Assembly: GCA_951406725.2 (NCBI GenBank) | Contig: OX597835.1 | Coordinates: 38,750,001 to 38,814,000, forward strand | Source: Octopus vulgaris | Lineage: Eukaryota | Length of the DNA stretch: 64,000 nt | Direction: 5' to 3' | Shown: one piece after another, positions 1 through 12,190 of the stretch | Layout of the letters: every line of letters starts with the position of its first letter | Numbering within the stretch: the stretch's first letter is position 1 | Program-made: the position numbers and the translations under genes | The notes under the pieces: generated by a model | Databases searched by the model: none | What the model saw: the letters and a program-made list of their open reading frames with translations, nothing else | What the model was told of the DNA's origin: nothing

Positions 1-213
1 TTTAGCCCCTTGTGGGTAGTAAAGAAATAGGCATTTCGTCTACCGTTACGTTGTGCGTTCAAATTCTGCCGAAGTCGACTTTGCCTTTCAACCTTTCGGG
101 GTTGATTAAATAAGTACCAGTTAGGCATTGGAGTCGATATAATCGATTTAATCCGTTTGTCTATCCTTGTTTGTCCCCTCTGTGTGTAGCACCTTGTGGG
201 CAGTAAAGAAATA
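1..213 (+). mobile_element. Nin/Deu-domain-like SINE body, in tandem (end of one unit plus one full ~183-bp unit)
   Basis: Contains a B-box-like GTTCAAATTC and GACTTTGCCTTTCAACCTTTCGGGGTTGATTAAATAAGTACC. It is homologous to the units at 37405-37953. The unit end TAGCCCCTTGTGGGTAGTAAAGAAATA occurs at 3-29, with a variant at about 188-213. Confidence 0.8.
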
Positions 214-315
214 TGAATCTTAAGCATGCCGTTAAACTATCTCAAGAGTTGAGAGATAAATTCGATCTCTTGACAATCCAAAATTTGTGGCTGCTTCCGT
301 TTTGTTTTTTGCCCG

Positions 316-785
316 CACACCACCACCACCACTACCAACATCAACATCATCATCACCATCACAACCACCACCACCACCACTACCAACATCAACATCATCA
401 TCACCATCACAACCACCACCACCACCACTACCAACATCAACATCATCATCACCACCACCACCACCACCACCACCACTACCAACATCAACATCATCATCAC
501 CATCACAACCACCACCACCACCACTACCAACATCATCACCACCATCACCACCACCACCATCATCATTATCACCACCACCACCACCACCACCACCACCACC
601 ACCACCACCACCGCCACTACAAACATCAACATCACCATCAATATTAGCAACATCACCACTACCAACATCAACATCACCATCACTACTACCAGCACCACCA
701 CCACCACCACAACCACCACCACTACCATCACCACCACGACCACTACCAACGCCACCACAACCGCCACAAACCCTGCCACCTCCAG
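316..785. repeat. CAC/CAT trinucleotide block with a 48-bp higher-order unit repeated about 4 times
   Basis: The unit CACCACCACCACCACTACCAACATCAACATCATCATCACCATCACAAC recurs between 318 and about 540. Confidence 0.9.
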
Positions 786-2165
786 CAATCTAGAAGTTCC
801 TCAGAAAGGTCATGCTTCATTCACTTCCTCTTTCTTATTAACCATTACAACAACAACAACAACAAAAAAAGCAACAGCAAAAAAAAAATGCTAATTACAA
901 ACTCCGTGATAGACACACGTTTCTTCGCAACCAGATTGTCTTAAACTCAACAGTAAGGTCGCTGGAGTTTCTTGGCGTTTTACTGTCTTATATTTTTTGT
1001 TTCTTTTAGTTCTCTTCTAGACATTATAATCATTATGAACAGCTTCCATGTGAATTATTAATAGAGTTTTGTCAGTTTTGTCATGTATGTCAGATTTATT
1101 ATGTACTTACATGCTTTAAGCTAGAGCTGGGTGGTGGTGGGCAGGCGTCTGGTATTTGTTGTCTTGTGCAGGACGGAATCCGTCAATCGACTGACTTCAT
1201 CGTGAAGACTTCTCCTCCACTTCTCCATATGTCCACCGCCTTCCTCTAACCGGAAAAAGATTTGCAGTTTTCCCTCTGTCCCATGATTATAGCAAAAAAT
1301 GTTGTGTGGAGGACGAGGTGAGAAGTTCACAAGATAGACAATTTTCTCGTGGGTCAAGACCTCAACGACTTTTACAAGGGAGTCGCTTTTACCATTGAGA
1401 AACCCACTAAGGAGTCACTTAACGTGTTAGAAAGAACTGTCGAAGTCTTCCTCAAATTACATCTCGCCTTTATACTGCATATCTAGAAGTTCATTGGCTG
1501 ATGGCGTGTGTGTAAAGCTCGCCGTGTGGGAAAATTCACCGTAAGGGCAATGATGAAGCATATTACATCAGTATTTTTTTTTAATAAAAAAAATTGTAAA
1601 CGGTGCAATCGCCAGTCTATCGCGTGAGTTGGGTGGATCTTCAAGATCCCACACGCATTCTTAGTAGCTTAGAGTAGGCTCGAATTAGAGATTATTCTTT
1701 GTCGCTTATGGCTTGAGTCCTGATTGGAAGAAGAAGAAGAAGAAGTCTTTATTCAACGTTAAACATTTAAAAACATGTCATGATGTCATTCAAAACGAAA
1801 TATTTTATGCGAATTTTTCTACGACAAAACTGTTTATGGCGAAAATTTCCTATAACCGATAGATTGAGTTCTAGAGACGAACTGAGTCTAAAAGAAAATA
1901 ACAAGACAGCTATGGACGGAAAGCACTTAATTATATGCTCACTCTGCCAGAGAAGACCCAACCAATACCAGAACACTCAACTTTTGAGCAATTATTAACT
2001 CCGAGACCTGTTTGAAACTGGTTTTCATATAGATTATAGCCGGCAGATGTGCAAGCATACACAATACATATACATACATACATACATACATACACACACA
2101 CACATACATACATACATACATACATACATACATACATACATACATACATACATACATACATACAT

Positions 2166-2659
2166 GGTGGCTGCCCCCTCGTTATCGAGCATGGCCATTG
2201 TACGAAGCTTAATGTTGTTATCATGCAATGCATGTGCAATCCCACTCACTAAGCAACAGCAGCCATAATCCAAAAAGAACAAGTCAACATCATCGGTAAC
2301 CACTGAGCCGCAGGTTTTATGTCGGAGTCATCCCAGTTACCTGAGTTACCTTCTCCTAGAAGGATGCCCTAACAAAGGCTAGGAGTCCTTCACGCCCAAT
2401 GGTTTAACCGCGCGATCGGGTATTCAGTCCGATTATTTCTATGCCCCCGTACATGATACAGCCTTAAGACATTTATTGGATGGCCGTTGACTCTCAAGAG
2501 TTCCTCCGCCCTTTGACAGGTTTTGTTTTTCATCCCGCAGGGTGTCCAATAAACACCCTCCTCACCAAGAAAGCTTGGTGGGGTTGCCGGTTTAGTCGCC
2601 GACGACCCGACCATGCAACAGGTTGTACAGGGTTACATGTTACCAGTAACACTCGAAAG
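2166..2659 (-). mobile_element. Non-autonomous RTE-derived retroelement with a (TATG)n tail
   Basis: A second copy lies in the opposite orientation at 30294-30640 and a diverged 5' homologue at 25735-25980. The minus strand has an RTE-5'UTR-like CTAGGAGAAGGTAACTC. The 3' end GAGGGGGCAGCCACC runs into (ATGT)n. Confidence 0.65.
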
Positions 2660-2759
2660 TACATACATACATACATGCATACTACATACATACATACATA
2701 CATACATACATACATGCATGCATGCATACATACATACATACATATATACATACATACAT

Positions 2760-2960
2760 GGTGATTGCTCCATCTTCATAAATGATTGCCGCCCTCTTGT
2801 GCTTCTACATTGTCAACAGCATTTCTAACTTTCCGTCCATGACATCTCAGATGACTATTCAGTCCCATCACAGATCAGTATTATTTGAAGGAGAGGTGAC
2901 AGACGAAAGTTGTAACTTGCTACGCGCTCCAAATGGTTAGGTCTGCGCATGTCACCCTCT
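2760..2960 (-). mobile_element. RTE-clade LINE 3' fragment (degenerate C-terminal zinc finger)
   Basis: The minus frame reads CHLSFK*Y*SVMGLNSHLRCH, the RTE C-x2-C...GLxSHxRxH motif with stops. It is followed by GATGGAGCAATCACC-(ATGT)n. Confidence 0.7.
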
Positions 2961-3009
2961 TCCACCGCCGTAGAGAGCTTTCAGTAGATGGAATGTCAAA
3001 CGAGGCTAT

Positions 3010-3243
3010 GACTCATGCCAGGCTCATAAGGGCCGGTTTTCCGGTTTCCATGGCGTATAAGTTCCCCGCCTGGACGGGATGCTGGTCCATCGCAGGTTTA
3101 CTCAGTTTTGCCAGCTGAGTAGACTGGAGCAATATGAAATGAAGTGTTTTGCTCAAGAACACAATGTGTCATCCGGTCTAGAAATCGAAACCACAATCTT
3201 ACGATCATAAGTCCCATACTCTAACCACTAAGCCACGCGCCTC
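3010..3243 (-). mobile_element. tRNA-derived SINE with a Meta-domain-like segment
   Basis: Minus strand: A box TGGCTTAGTGG, B-box-like GGTTTCGATTTC, then AACCTGCGATGGACCAGCATCCCGTCCAGG...GGAAACCGG. Confidence 0.75.
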
Positions 3244-3270
3244 AACTAAGTTACATTCTCGAGTCATACC

Positions 3271-3494
3271 GACTCATAAGGGCCTGTTTCCCTCTTTCAT
3301 GGCGTACATATTCCCCACCTGTACGGGACACCGGTCCTTGCAGGATGACTTATTTTCGCCAGCTGGGTGGACATGAGCAACGTGAAAAGAAGTGTTTTGC
3401 TCAAAAACACAACGTGTCGCCTGTTCCAGGAATCGAAAGCACAATCTTACGATCATGAGTCCAACAACCTAACCACTGACCCACATATCTCCAC
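3271..3494 (-). mobile_element. Second, diverged copy of the same SINE in tandem
   Basis: Collinear similarity to 3010-3243, for example ACTCATAAGGGCC, AAGTGTTTTGCTCAA and CACAATCTTACGATCAT. Confidence 0.75.
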
Positions 3495-3497
3495 AGT

Positions 3498-3800
3498 GTG
3501 GAGGCATATGGCCTAGTGGTTAGAGCAGCGGACTCGCAGTCGGGGGATCGCGGATTCGAATCTCAGAGCGGGTGATGTGTGTGTTTATGAGCGAAAATAG
3601 CTAAGCTCCACGCGGCTCCGGTAATGGTGAACTTCTACTGACTCTTTCGCCACAACTTTCTCTCACTCTTTCCTCCTGCATCTTGCAGCTCACCTGCGAC
3701 GGACCGACGTTCCGTCCAGGTGGCGAACCTATGCGCCAAGAAACCGGAAAACCGGCCCTTATGAGCCAGATATGTCTCGAGAAGAAACAAACAAACAAAC
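3498..3800 (+). mobile_element. tRNA-derived SINE (longer Meta-like subfamily) with a (CAAA)n tail
   Basis: A box TGGCCTAGTGG, B box GGATTCGAATC and CACCTGCGACGGACC...CCGTCCAGG. A close copy lies on the minus strand at 57552-57831. Confidence 0.8.
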
Positions 3801-4207
3801 AAAAATTATCTCCTCAGTCTACTTGATTGGTACCACATGACCAGTAATCACGTGAAACCGCAGATTTTTACATCTGAGTATCCCTCACCGAAAAGGTTGT
3901 TGTAACAGCTGCTAGGGGTTCCTCACTCCCAGTTGTCTTAGCGCGCACCTCGCACCAACAAACGTTATTTCTGTGTCCCCTGCACTCGAATGGATTATCA
4001 TCACATATTCTAGTTCCCCCATATCAGGGACCCTAATGGGGCTACTACGCTGAGTCAGAACAGACCTGGAAGCAAAAGTGGCGAAGAGGTGGTTCCACAC
4101 TTCTCAAAACCCAGAAACTCCCGAACCAGGACCCCACTAACAGATGTAGTTTAAAGCCTCACCCATGACTACAAACACACCTACATACATATACATATAG
4201 ACACAGT

Positions 4208-4893
4208 CTTATTTGTTTCGTTCATTAAGTGTGGCCACACTGGAGCATCACCATGTAGGGTTGGTCGAACAAATCGACTCCAGTAATTATTTTAAGTATG
4301 ACGCTTATTCTATCAGCTCCTTTTGCTAATCCACTAAAATTATGGGACGTAAACAAACCAAAACCGGTTGTCGATTAGTGAGAGAACAAACGTACACACT
4401 CTCTCACACACAGGCACAGAGAGATATGGTGAAAGTCGACACGTATATATATATATATATATATATATATTGATAAAAACAGTAAGATAACAAAAGAAAG
4501 AAAGAGACCTCAATATTATGTAAATAGAGGAAATTTATCTGTAAATTAATATGTGACAATTATTCAATAGCCAAGAAAAAACTCTGAGTTTCAGATGCCG
4601 AAGTGGAAATCCACAACACCATCTCTTAACCAAAGAGATGGTGTTGTGGATTTCCACTTCGGCATCTGAAACTCAGAGTTTTATCTTGACTATTGAATAA
4701 TGGTAACATATCAATTTACATATATATACAGGAAGAGCTTCTACGCAATGTCCGCTGATCAAATTCTCTCAAATCTTTGGTCGGTCCCAGGCTACATTTG
4801 TAGACAGTCGCAGAATGTGCTGTGTGGTGGTGCTGGAGCCAAAATCATGTGGTTCTTAAGCAAAGTTCTTACCACACACCAATGTCTGCAGCC
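4208..4893 (-). mobile_element. Old CORE-like SINE copy split by later insertions (3' part ~4208-4390, 5' part ~4730-4893)
   Basis: Diverged reverse-complement similarity to 29671-30090. Confidence 0.55.
4540..4720. repeat. Long near-perfect palindrome (~88-bp arms, 5-nt loop AACCA at 4628-4632)
   Basis: AACTCTGAGTTTCAGATGCCGAAGTGGAAATCCACAACACCATCTCTT is the exact reverse complement of AAGAGATGGTGTTGTGGATTTCCACTTCGGCATCTGAAACTCAGAGTT. The outer arms have a few mismatches. Confidence 0.95.
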
Positions 4894-4904
4894 ATATGTG
4901 TGTG

Positions 4905-5038
<134 letters not shown>

Positions 5039-5334
5039 TATATATAGATATACATATATACGCAGACATTCAGTTTTTGTTTATTATCAGCTGAAGATTA
5101 TGTCTCATTATGACTTGGAGTTCCGCCAATTTTATGGCTGGTCTGGTATTGCGGAGGGGATTTTGTTACTGTTTATTTATACAGTTAATCATTCTAATTT
5201 ATTTCTCTGGTATTGTAATCACCATTAGAATTTTTGGACAAAAATTGAGAAATTTTTCCCAACCACAATTAACTTAGTCTGCGCTCTTTAATAGTAGGAA
5301 AAATTCACTAATTTCCTATCAGCTAGTGTTAATT

Positions 5335-5402
<68 letters not shown>

Positions 5403-5635
5403 TAATAGATTATTCCACCAAACAGCGATGAAAGTTGTAGCTGCTACTTAGCAAATCTTAGTCCGGTTAACGGTAAACGTCATGAAAAAATGTTATTTAC
5501 ATTGCTGCAGTGAATTCTAACATTAATCCGAATGGTGCCGGTTACATCGAGTTAACAGCAAGTCCATTTAAATTTAGACATTATCTCCATACATATACAT
5601 GGGGAAATGTGCAGAAAATTTTATTAACGCTCTCA

Positions 5636-6210
5636 TCACAAACACAGGGAAGAATATCGATGTTGCACGTTCCTCTGCTTCTACTTCTCTCTCTTCTCTT
5701 CCCACGTGACCGATCGGCCAGACTGCTCGCTTTTTCTTTTCTGTGTCTGACTGAGGTCCGTGCAACATCGGTATTCTTCCCTGTGTTTGTGAAATTTTTG
5801 TATCTCTGCCGTAAGGCTTCATTTCCACACACGACAGCTTAATTCAATTCGTCCTTAGTCGAAAGACACCTGTTGTTATGTCCTGTTATTATTTTTATCA
5901 TATTTTTTTTGTATTTATATTTGTGTAACATTGTCTGATTTTTCCGTCCTTGTTTTTGTATACATTCGATGCTTTCTTCCAAGGAATCTAATGCTCTTAG
6001 CTTATTTTTCCTTGGAGCTGGTCAGATTGGAGCAATCTCAAGAATAATCAGCCGAAATTGCGAGGATAATCCGGTTCTTGACTGAAGAAACCTTCGAATG
6101 ACCCGTCCTTGTTTTCTTTGTATCATCTATCTGGATATGTTGTTGTCCCTTATTGTATTACCTAGTTGTCCGGATGTTTTGCGTTCTTGTCCCATTTTGT
6201 ATTTTAAATA
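5636..6210 (+). mobile_element. Unclassified interspersed repeat (possibly Penelope-type terminal region) with a 34-bp inverted repeat at 5636-5669 / 5759-5792
   Basis: Homologous pieces at about 6368-6530 (+), 57365-57550 (-) and 60685-60810 (-) share parts such as ATCCGGTTCTTGACTGAAGA and TTGTCCCATTTT. Confidence 0.55.
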
Positions 6211-6517
6211 TATATATATATATATCACTGTCACCGTGATCTACTAGACTATCAGATGTTGTTACACAGCGCTAGTCACAATGCGCTTTGCATTGTTTTG
6301 GCCTTCAAATGACGCCACCCCGCTGGCTAAGCGATCAGGCCAATATATATATATGTATATATCTATGCGAGGATGATCCGGTTCTTGACTGAAGATTGAA
6401 GGCTTCGAATTTCCCGTCCGTGTTTTTTGTATCACCATCTAAATGTTTTGCGTTCTTGTCCCAGTTTGTATTTTTTTTACACACATATATATATATATTG
6501 ACGTACCTACACTTTGT

Positions 6518-6559
<42 letters not shown>

Positions 6560-6879
6560 CCACAGACGGGGTGGAGAGAGGGAGATACAGAGATTCACAG
6601 AGAGGCAGGCGGAGGAACAGACAAAGCTCTAGGATGTAAAAAAAATCGTTTTTTTTACATGCAGGACAATGAAAAACTAGTATGACATAGATTGTTCTTT
6701 ATTTGTTGTTGTATACAATGAGAGTTATGCATTGTATATTATTGTGTGTGTGTTTGTATTGTCTGTTTGGGTGGGTCTGTATATTTATCTCGACATAACT
6801 TGATATATAATATAGCTGGAACGCATGGTTCGTACTAGGTTTACAGGTCGTTGTGGGAGGTTCTTGCTGGTGAGTGATC

Positions 6880-7151
6880 GGGTGGTGACGTTGGTGGTGG
6901 TGATAGATATCTTGATGGTGTTGATTGATGCTGGTTAGAGTATGCGATGTAACAGTAGGTAGAGGGTAGTGTTGGTGGTGGTGGTGGTGGTTGATGGTAT
7001 AGTAGTGTTGTTTGTATGTGGTGAGGAATGTTTTTGTTTGGGAAGATAATCGGTAACGGTGGTGGTGGTAGTGGTGATGGTGGTGGTGTTGGTGGTAGTG
7101 GTGGTGGTGGTGGCGAAAATAAGCGTAAATTTGATAGGGAGTATGAAGGTG

Positions 7152-7183
<32 letters not shown>

Positions 7184-7294
7184 GATGACGCTGTTGATGA
7201 TGGTGATGATTTTAGCGATTACGAAGAAGGCGACATTGACAATGATGATGATGTCAATGATGATGATGATGATGATGATGACGACGACGACAAC

Positions 7295-7326
<32 letters not shown>

Positions 7327-7328
7327 CA

Positions 7329-7398
<70 letters not shown>

Positions 7399-7441
7399 CG
7401 ACGACGACACCGTGGAAGAACTGAAGGAAGGGAAGAGCGGT

Positions 7442-7480
<39 letters not shown>
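6880..7480. repeat. GGT/GAT trinucleotide block followed by (AG)n
   Basis: Seen directly in the sequence. Confidence 0.9.
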
Positions 7481-7482
<2 letters not shown>

Positions 7483-7577
7483 TAATGATGCACTGAGTGT
7501 GAAAAAAATCTTCCAAACAGGCAGTCAGGCATTCAGACAATGCGGAAACAGCAACCACAAAATGACAGATTGTTTTT

Positions 7578-7658
<81 letters not shown>

Positions 7659-7799
7659 GACACAACATATGGCGGAAAAGTCAGAGAGTAAGACAAACAG
7701 ACATACAGACAGTGAGACAAACATCTGTCGGTGTTGAAAACATTTGACAAGAATTCACAAGTTTGGGTTGTGAAGAATTTACTCAAGAAATAAACATTA

Positions 7800-8892
7800 C
7801 ATTCTTCTTCTTCTTCTCCTCCTACTCCGCCTACACCTCCTTTTCTCCCTCCTCCGCTTTTCCTCCTCCTTCTCCTTCTTTTACTTCTTTTTTTCTCCTC
7901 CCCTCCTCCTTATTCTGCTCCTTCTTTTCTTTTTCTTCTTCTTTTCCTCCTTTTTCTTTTTTCTCCTCCTCCTCCTCCTTTTCTTTTTCTTCTCCTCCTC
8001 CCCCTCCTCCTCCTCCTCCACCTCCTCCTCTCCCTTATCTTCCTCCTCTTCTTTATCTTCCTCCTCTTCCTTCTATTCCTCCTCCTCCTCCTCCTCTTCC
8101 TTATCTTCCTCCTCTTCCTTATCTTCCTCCTCTTCCTTATCTTCCTCCTCCTACTTCAGCATGTTTGTTTTCTGTTTTCTGCTTTTACTTTCTTTTCCAT
8201 CATTTCTATTCTTCCTTCCTTTCTTCCTTCCTTCCTTCCTTCCATCCATCCTTCCACCCATCCATCCTTCTCTCCCTCGTTCGTTCCTTCCTTCCCTTCC
8301 TTCCCTCCTTCCCTCCTTCATTTTTTCCTTCCTGTTTTCCTTCCTTCCTTCTTTCTTTCCTTCCATCCATCCATCCTTCCCTCTCTCCTTCCTTCTTTCC
8401 TTCCTTCCTTCCTTCCTTCCATCCATCCTTCCACCCATCCATCCTTCTCTCCCTCGTTCGTTCCTTCCTTCCCTCCCTCATTCTTTCCTTCCTGTTTTCC
8501 TTCCTTCCTTCTTTCTTTCCTTCCATCCATCCATCCTTCCCTCCTTCCTTCCTTCCTTCCTTCCTTCCTTCCTTCCTTCCTTCCTTCCTTCTTTCTTTCC
8601 TTCCATCCATCCATCCATCCTTCCCTCCCTCCTTCCTTCTTTCCATCCTTCCTTCCTTCCTTCCTTCCTTCTTTCTTTCCTTCCATCCATCCATCCTTCC
8701 CTCCCTCCTTCCTTCTTTCCATCCTTCCTTCCTTCCTTCCTTCCTTCTTTCTTTCCTTCCATCCATCCATCCTTCCCTCCCTCCGTCCTTCCTTCCTTCC
8801 TTCTTTACTTCCTTCCTTCCATCCTTCCTTCCTTCCTTCCTTCCTTCCTTCCTTCCTTCCTTCCTTCCTTCCTTCCTTCCTTCCTTCCTTCT
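7800..8892. repeat. ~1.1-kb polypyrimidine tract (CCT, then TTCC/ATCC tetramers with internal duplications)
   Basis: Seen directly. CCATCCATCCTTCCACCCATCCATCCTTCTCTCCCTCGTTCGTTCC occurs twice. Confidence 0.9.
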
Positions 8893-9300
8893 AAATTTCC
8901 TTCTACGTCGTCTTTGTTTCTCTATACTTTTTCACCTTTGTGTGAAAGTACGTATGTCTATCTGGATTTACATTTACATAGGTATATATGTACGTATGTA
9001 TGATTGTAGTTATGTAGTTATGTACGTACGAATGCATATGCACACACACACACACACAAACACACACACAAATACACGCACATATATACACACACACACA
9101 TACACGCACACACGTACACAAATCTACACTTAACGTTGCATTGCTTCGAAGACCGAAGCAAGAGTTTCCAGATGTGCATCTAGAATCTCATGAGATTAAC
9201 AAGCTCCACATCGGTATATTTACATAATTATCTGCGTGTATATATATATAACTACTTTATATATACAAAGATACGTATATCAATCTGTATAAATACATAC

Positions 9301-9364
<64 letters not shown>

Positions 9365-9374
9365 GTGTGTGACT

Positions 9375-9692
9375 GTTTGTTAACAACATGGTTCCGGGTT
9401 CCGTCCAGCTGCGTGGCACGTTGGGCAAGTGTCTTCTACTATAGCCTATAGCCTCGAGTTGAGCAGACCCTTGTGAATATATTTGTTAGACGGAAACTGA
9501 AAGAAGCCCGTCGTATATGTATGTATCTACTATAGCCTCGGGCTGACCAGACCCTTTTGAGTTGATTTGGTAGACAGAAACTGAAAGAAGCCCGTGGTAT
9601 ATGTGTATATATATATATAGTGTGTCTTTGTGTCTGCGTTTGTTGCCCCCATCACCGCTTGACAACTGGTGTTGGTGTGTCAACGTCCTTGT
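9375..9692 (+). mobile_element. CORE-like SINE, partial, with an internal duplication
   Basis: GGTTCCGGGTTC...TTGGGCAAGTGTCTTCTACTATAGCC is present. The TCTACTATAGCC...GAAACTGAAAGAAGCCCGT segment occurs twice. Confidence 0.75.
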
Positions 9693-9789
9693 ACCTATTT
9701 TTGCACCTTCTTTAGATCTGAAATTTTTCCTTGCAAAATGTTGACTAATATCTGGAAAACGTGATAGTCAATTGGTTATAACCACTAAG

Positions 9790-10330
9790 CCTCGTGCCTC
9801 CACAATTGACACCACTGGTTTCTGTTGGCTGCGGTTTTCTTCACATCCAGCCGTGTAATATTAGTCTCCCCATTTCGGTCATAAATGTTCTGCTCCCTGT
9901 AATTTTCGGTCTCCTTTTCTTTCTCTTTTTCTCCGATGGTGTCCATTTCGAAGCTATCATAAAATGGTTTTGTTCTGATAACCGGAATATGTGACCTGCT
10001 TTTTATATTGTGATGATTTCTCTGAGTAGTCGTGTTGTTTCTCTTTAGAATGGTTTCTCAGAATTCTACATAATCATCTTTGAAGGAACACATCGAAACA
10101 TCTGTCGATTTTCACAGAATGCTCTTCCATGCCTACCTAGCATAGTGAACTGTCGAGAGAACTATTACATTTTTTACTACTACACACCGAAAACATTACT
10201 ATTGAATACATACATCTTTCATTATGTATAGGTTGCAAAAGCTGTTGGTTTAAGCAACATATTTACATATTGATCTTTCGATGTGATGGGACAACCCTAC
10301 CAGTTATTAGAATTAGAATTCTGCAGCGTG
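9790..10330 (-). mobile_element. Degenerate LINE (RTE-like) C-terminal fragment
   Basis: The minus strand gives AGHIFRLSEQNHFMIASKWTPSEKKRKKRRPKIT, then after a frameshift AANRNQW. This matches the GHxxR...W.P..KR..GRP...A.DR..W pattern. The right boundary is uncertain. Confidence 0.6.
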
Positions 10331-10830
10331 TAAATCTACTTTTCTTTCTGACGAACATTCGATGCTATCAGAAACGTTGTGGCCCGGAGGCATAATTGAT
10401 ATCTATTTTAAATATAATCTTTCTACTTCCACATAGAGTTTGCGTGTATAGCCTTAATACACGTATATTAAATTACATTTTTATTAATATTATGATTTTC
10501 CATTATGCATTGAAAATTCTGTTAGCATAGTAAATAGGCTCTACTGAACAGTATATAGTTATATATGTATGCATGTATGTATGTATGTATGTATGTATGT
10601 ATGTATGTATGTATGTATGTATGTATGTATGTATGTATGTGTGAATATACATACACACATATACACACACGTACATATATATATGTATATATACTTATTA
10701 TACATATTATAAACATGCATACATACATATACATACATATGTACAAATACATATACGTATTACCGCATGTGTAAGTTTATGCTTCGTGTATATAAGGGGG
10801 AGAAAGACACAGATGCGTATGCGTATGTAA

Positions 10831-10892
<62 letters not shown>

Positions 10893-10919
10893 TTACATAA
10901 ATATATACATATATATATT

Positions 10920-10964
<45 letters not shown>

Positions 10965-11049
10965 TTACATATATATGTGTGTGTAGATTTATATATATGT
11001 GTTTGTGTAGATATGAATATATGTATTAGTGTATATATGCATATAAGAG

Positions 11050-11081
<32 letters not shown>

Positions 11082-11098
11082 CATACATACATACACAC

Positions 11099-11189
<91 letters not shown>

Positions 11190-11309
11190 CAATATTAACA
11201 TATAAAACATAAACAACGATCTCTTTCAAAGAGCCCAAAAGGTAAAAATCAGAAACATCTTCTCTATAAACGCTCCAATAAGTCTATTAAATATGCGGCT
11301 GTTTCCATA

Positions 11310-11361
<52 letters not shown>

Positions 11362-11854
11362 TGTGGTTGCTTATGTATTTATGCATGTGTATATGGTTCA
11401 TTAATACTTAATATAAAAATGACTTCGTCTGTAATATAAGGATGAGACAGCTTGATACATACAGTACGTAGCCTGAATACACACCCGACGACACAGATAT
11501 ATATACACACACACAGATATATAAAGAAATAGATATTCATGTATATGTATATTTAATACACGTATACATATGGACATGCATGTATATATATGTAGATTGC
11601 CATATTAAGATTTTAATTGGCAGGTTTCAAGAAGATTATGAGAATGTTTTGCATATATATACATAAACACACGTACATACACACACACATACCTACCTTC
11701 ACATACGTACAAACATACATAGATATGTACGTACGTAGAAACATACGTACATACACACATACGTACTTATGTACATATCTACATACGTACACTCACACAT
11801 ACATACATTCATACGTACATACATACCCACATACATACATACATACGTTCATAC

Positions 11855-11905
<51 letters not shown>

Positions 11906-12157
11906 CATACATACATACACGTAGATACATTCATGCATACATGCCTGCATGTATACATGCATACATCCATACATAAATATATCCATAGTCACATACATAC
12001 ATGCATGCATACATCCATCTATCCATACATGCATATATACATGCATGCGTACATCTATCTATCCATACAAGCATTCATACATACATACATGCATACAACC
12101 ATGCATTCATCCATCTATCCATCCATCCATACATACATAGATACATGCATACATACA

Positions 12158-12190
<33 letters not shown>

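Noticed and set aside
213-793. His-rich and Pro-rich ORFs
   Set aside because: They are translations of CAC/CAT repeats that are open in several frames and on both strands. There is no non-repetitive domain or splice support.
1121-1400. Possible LINE 3' remnant or exon on the minus strand
   Set aside because: Only a weak KWRR resemblance and no convincing motif.
3498-3572. Possible tRNA gene
   Set aside because: A and B boxes are present but the acceptor stem does not close, and the sequence continues into a SINE body.
3905-4150. GC-richer segment that looks like an interspersed repeat
   Set aside because: No second copy, terminal structure or coding motif in this window.
7028-7444. Acidic poly-Asp ORF resembling a biomineral or nucleolin-like protein
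   Set aside because: It derives from a (GAT)n microsatellite, and equivalent ORFs arise at 12823-13215.
7763-9133. Longest ORF (456 aa)
   Set aside because: A stop-free polypyrimidine repeat with no protein-like content.
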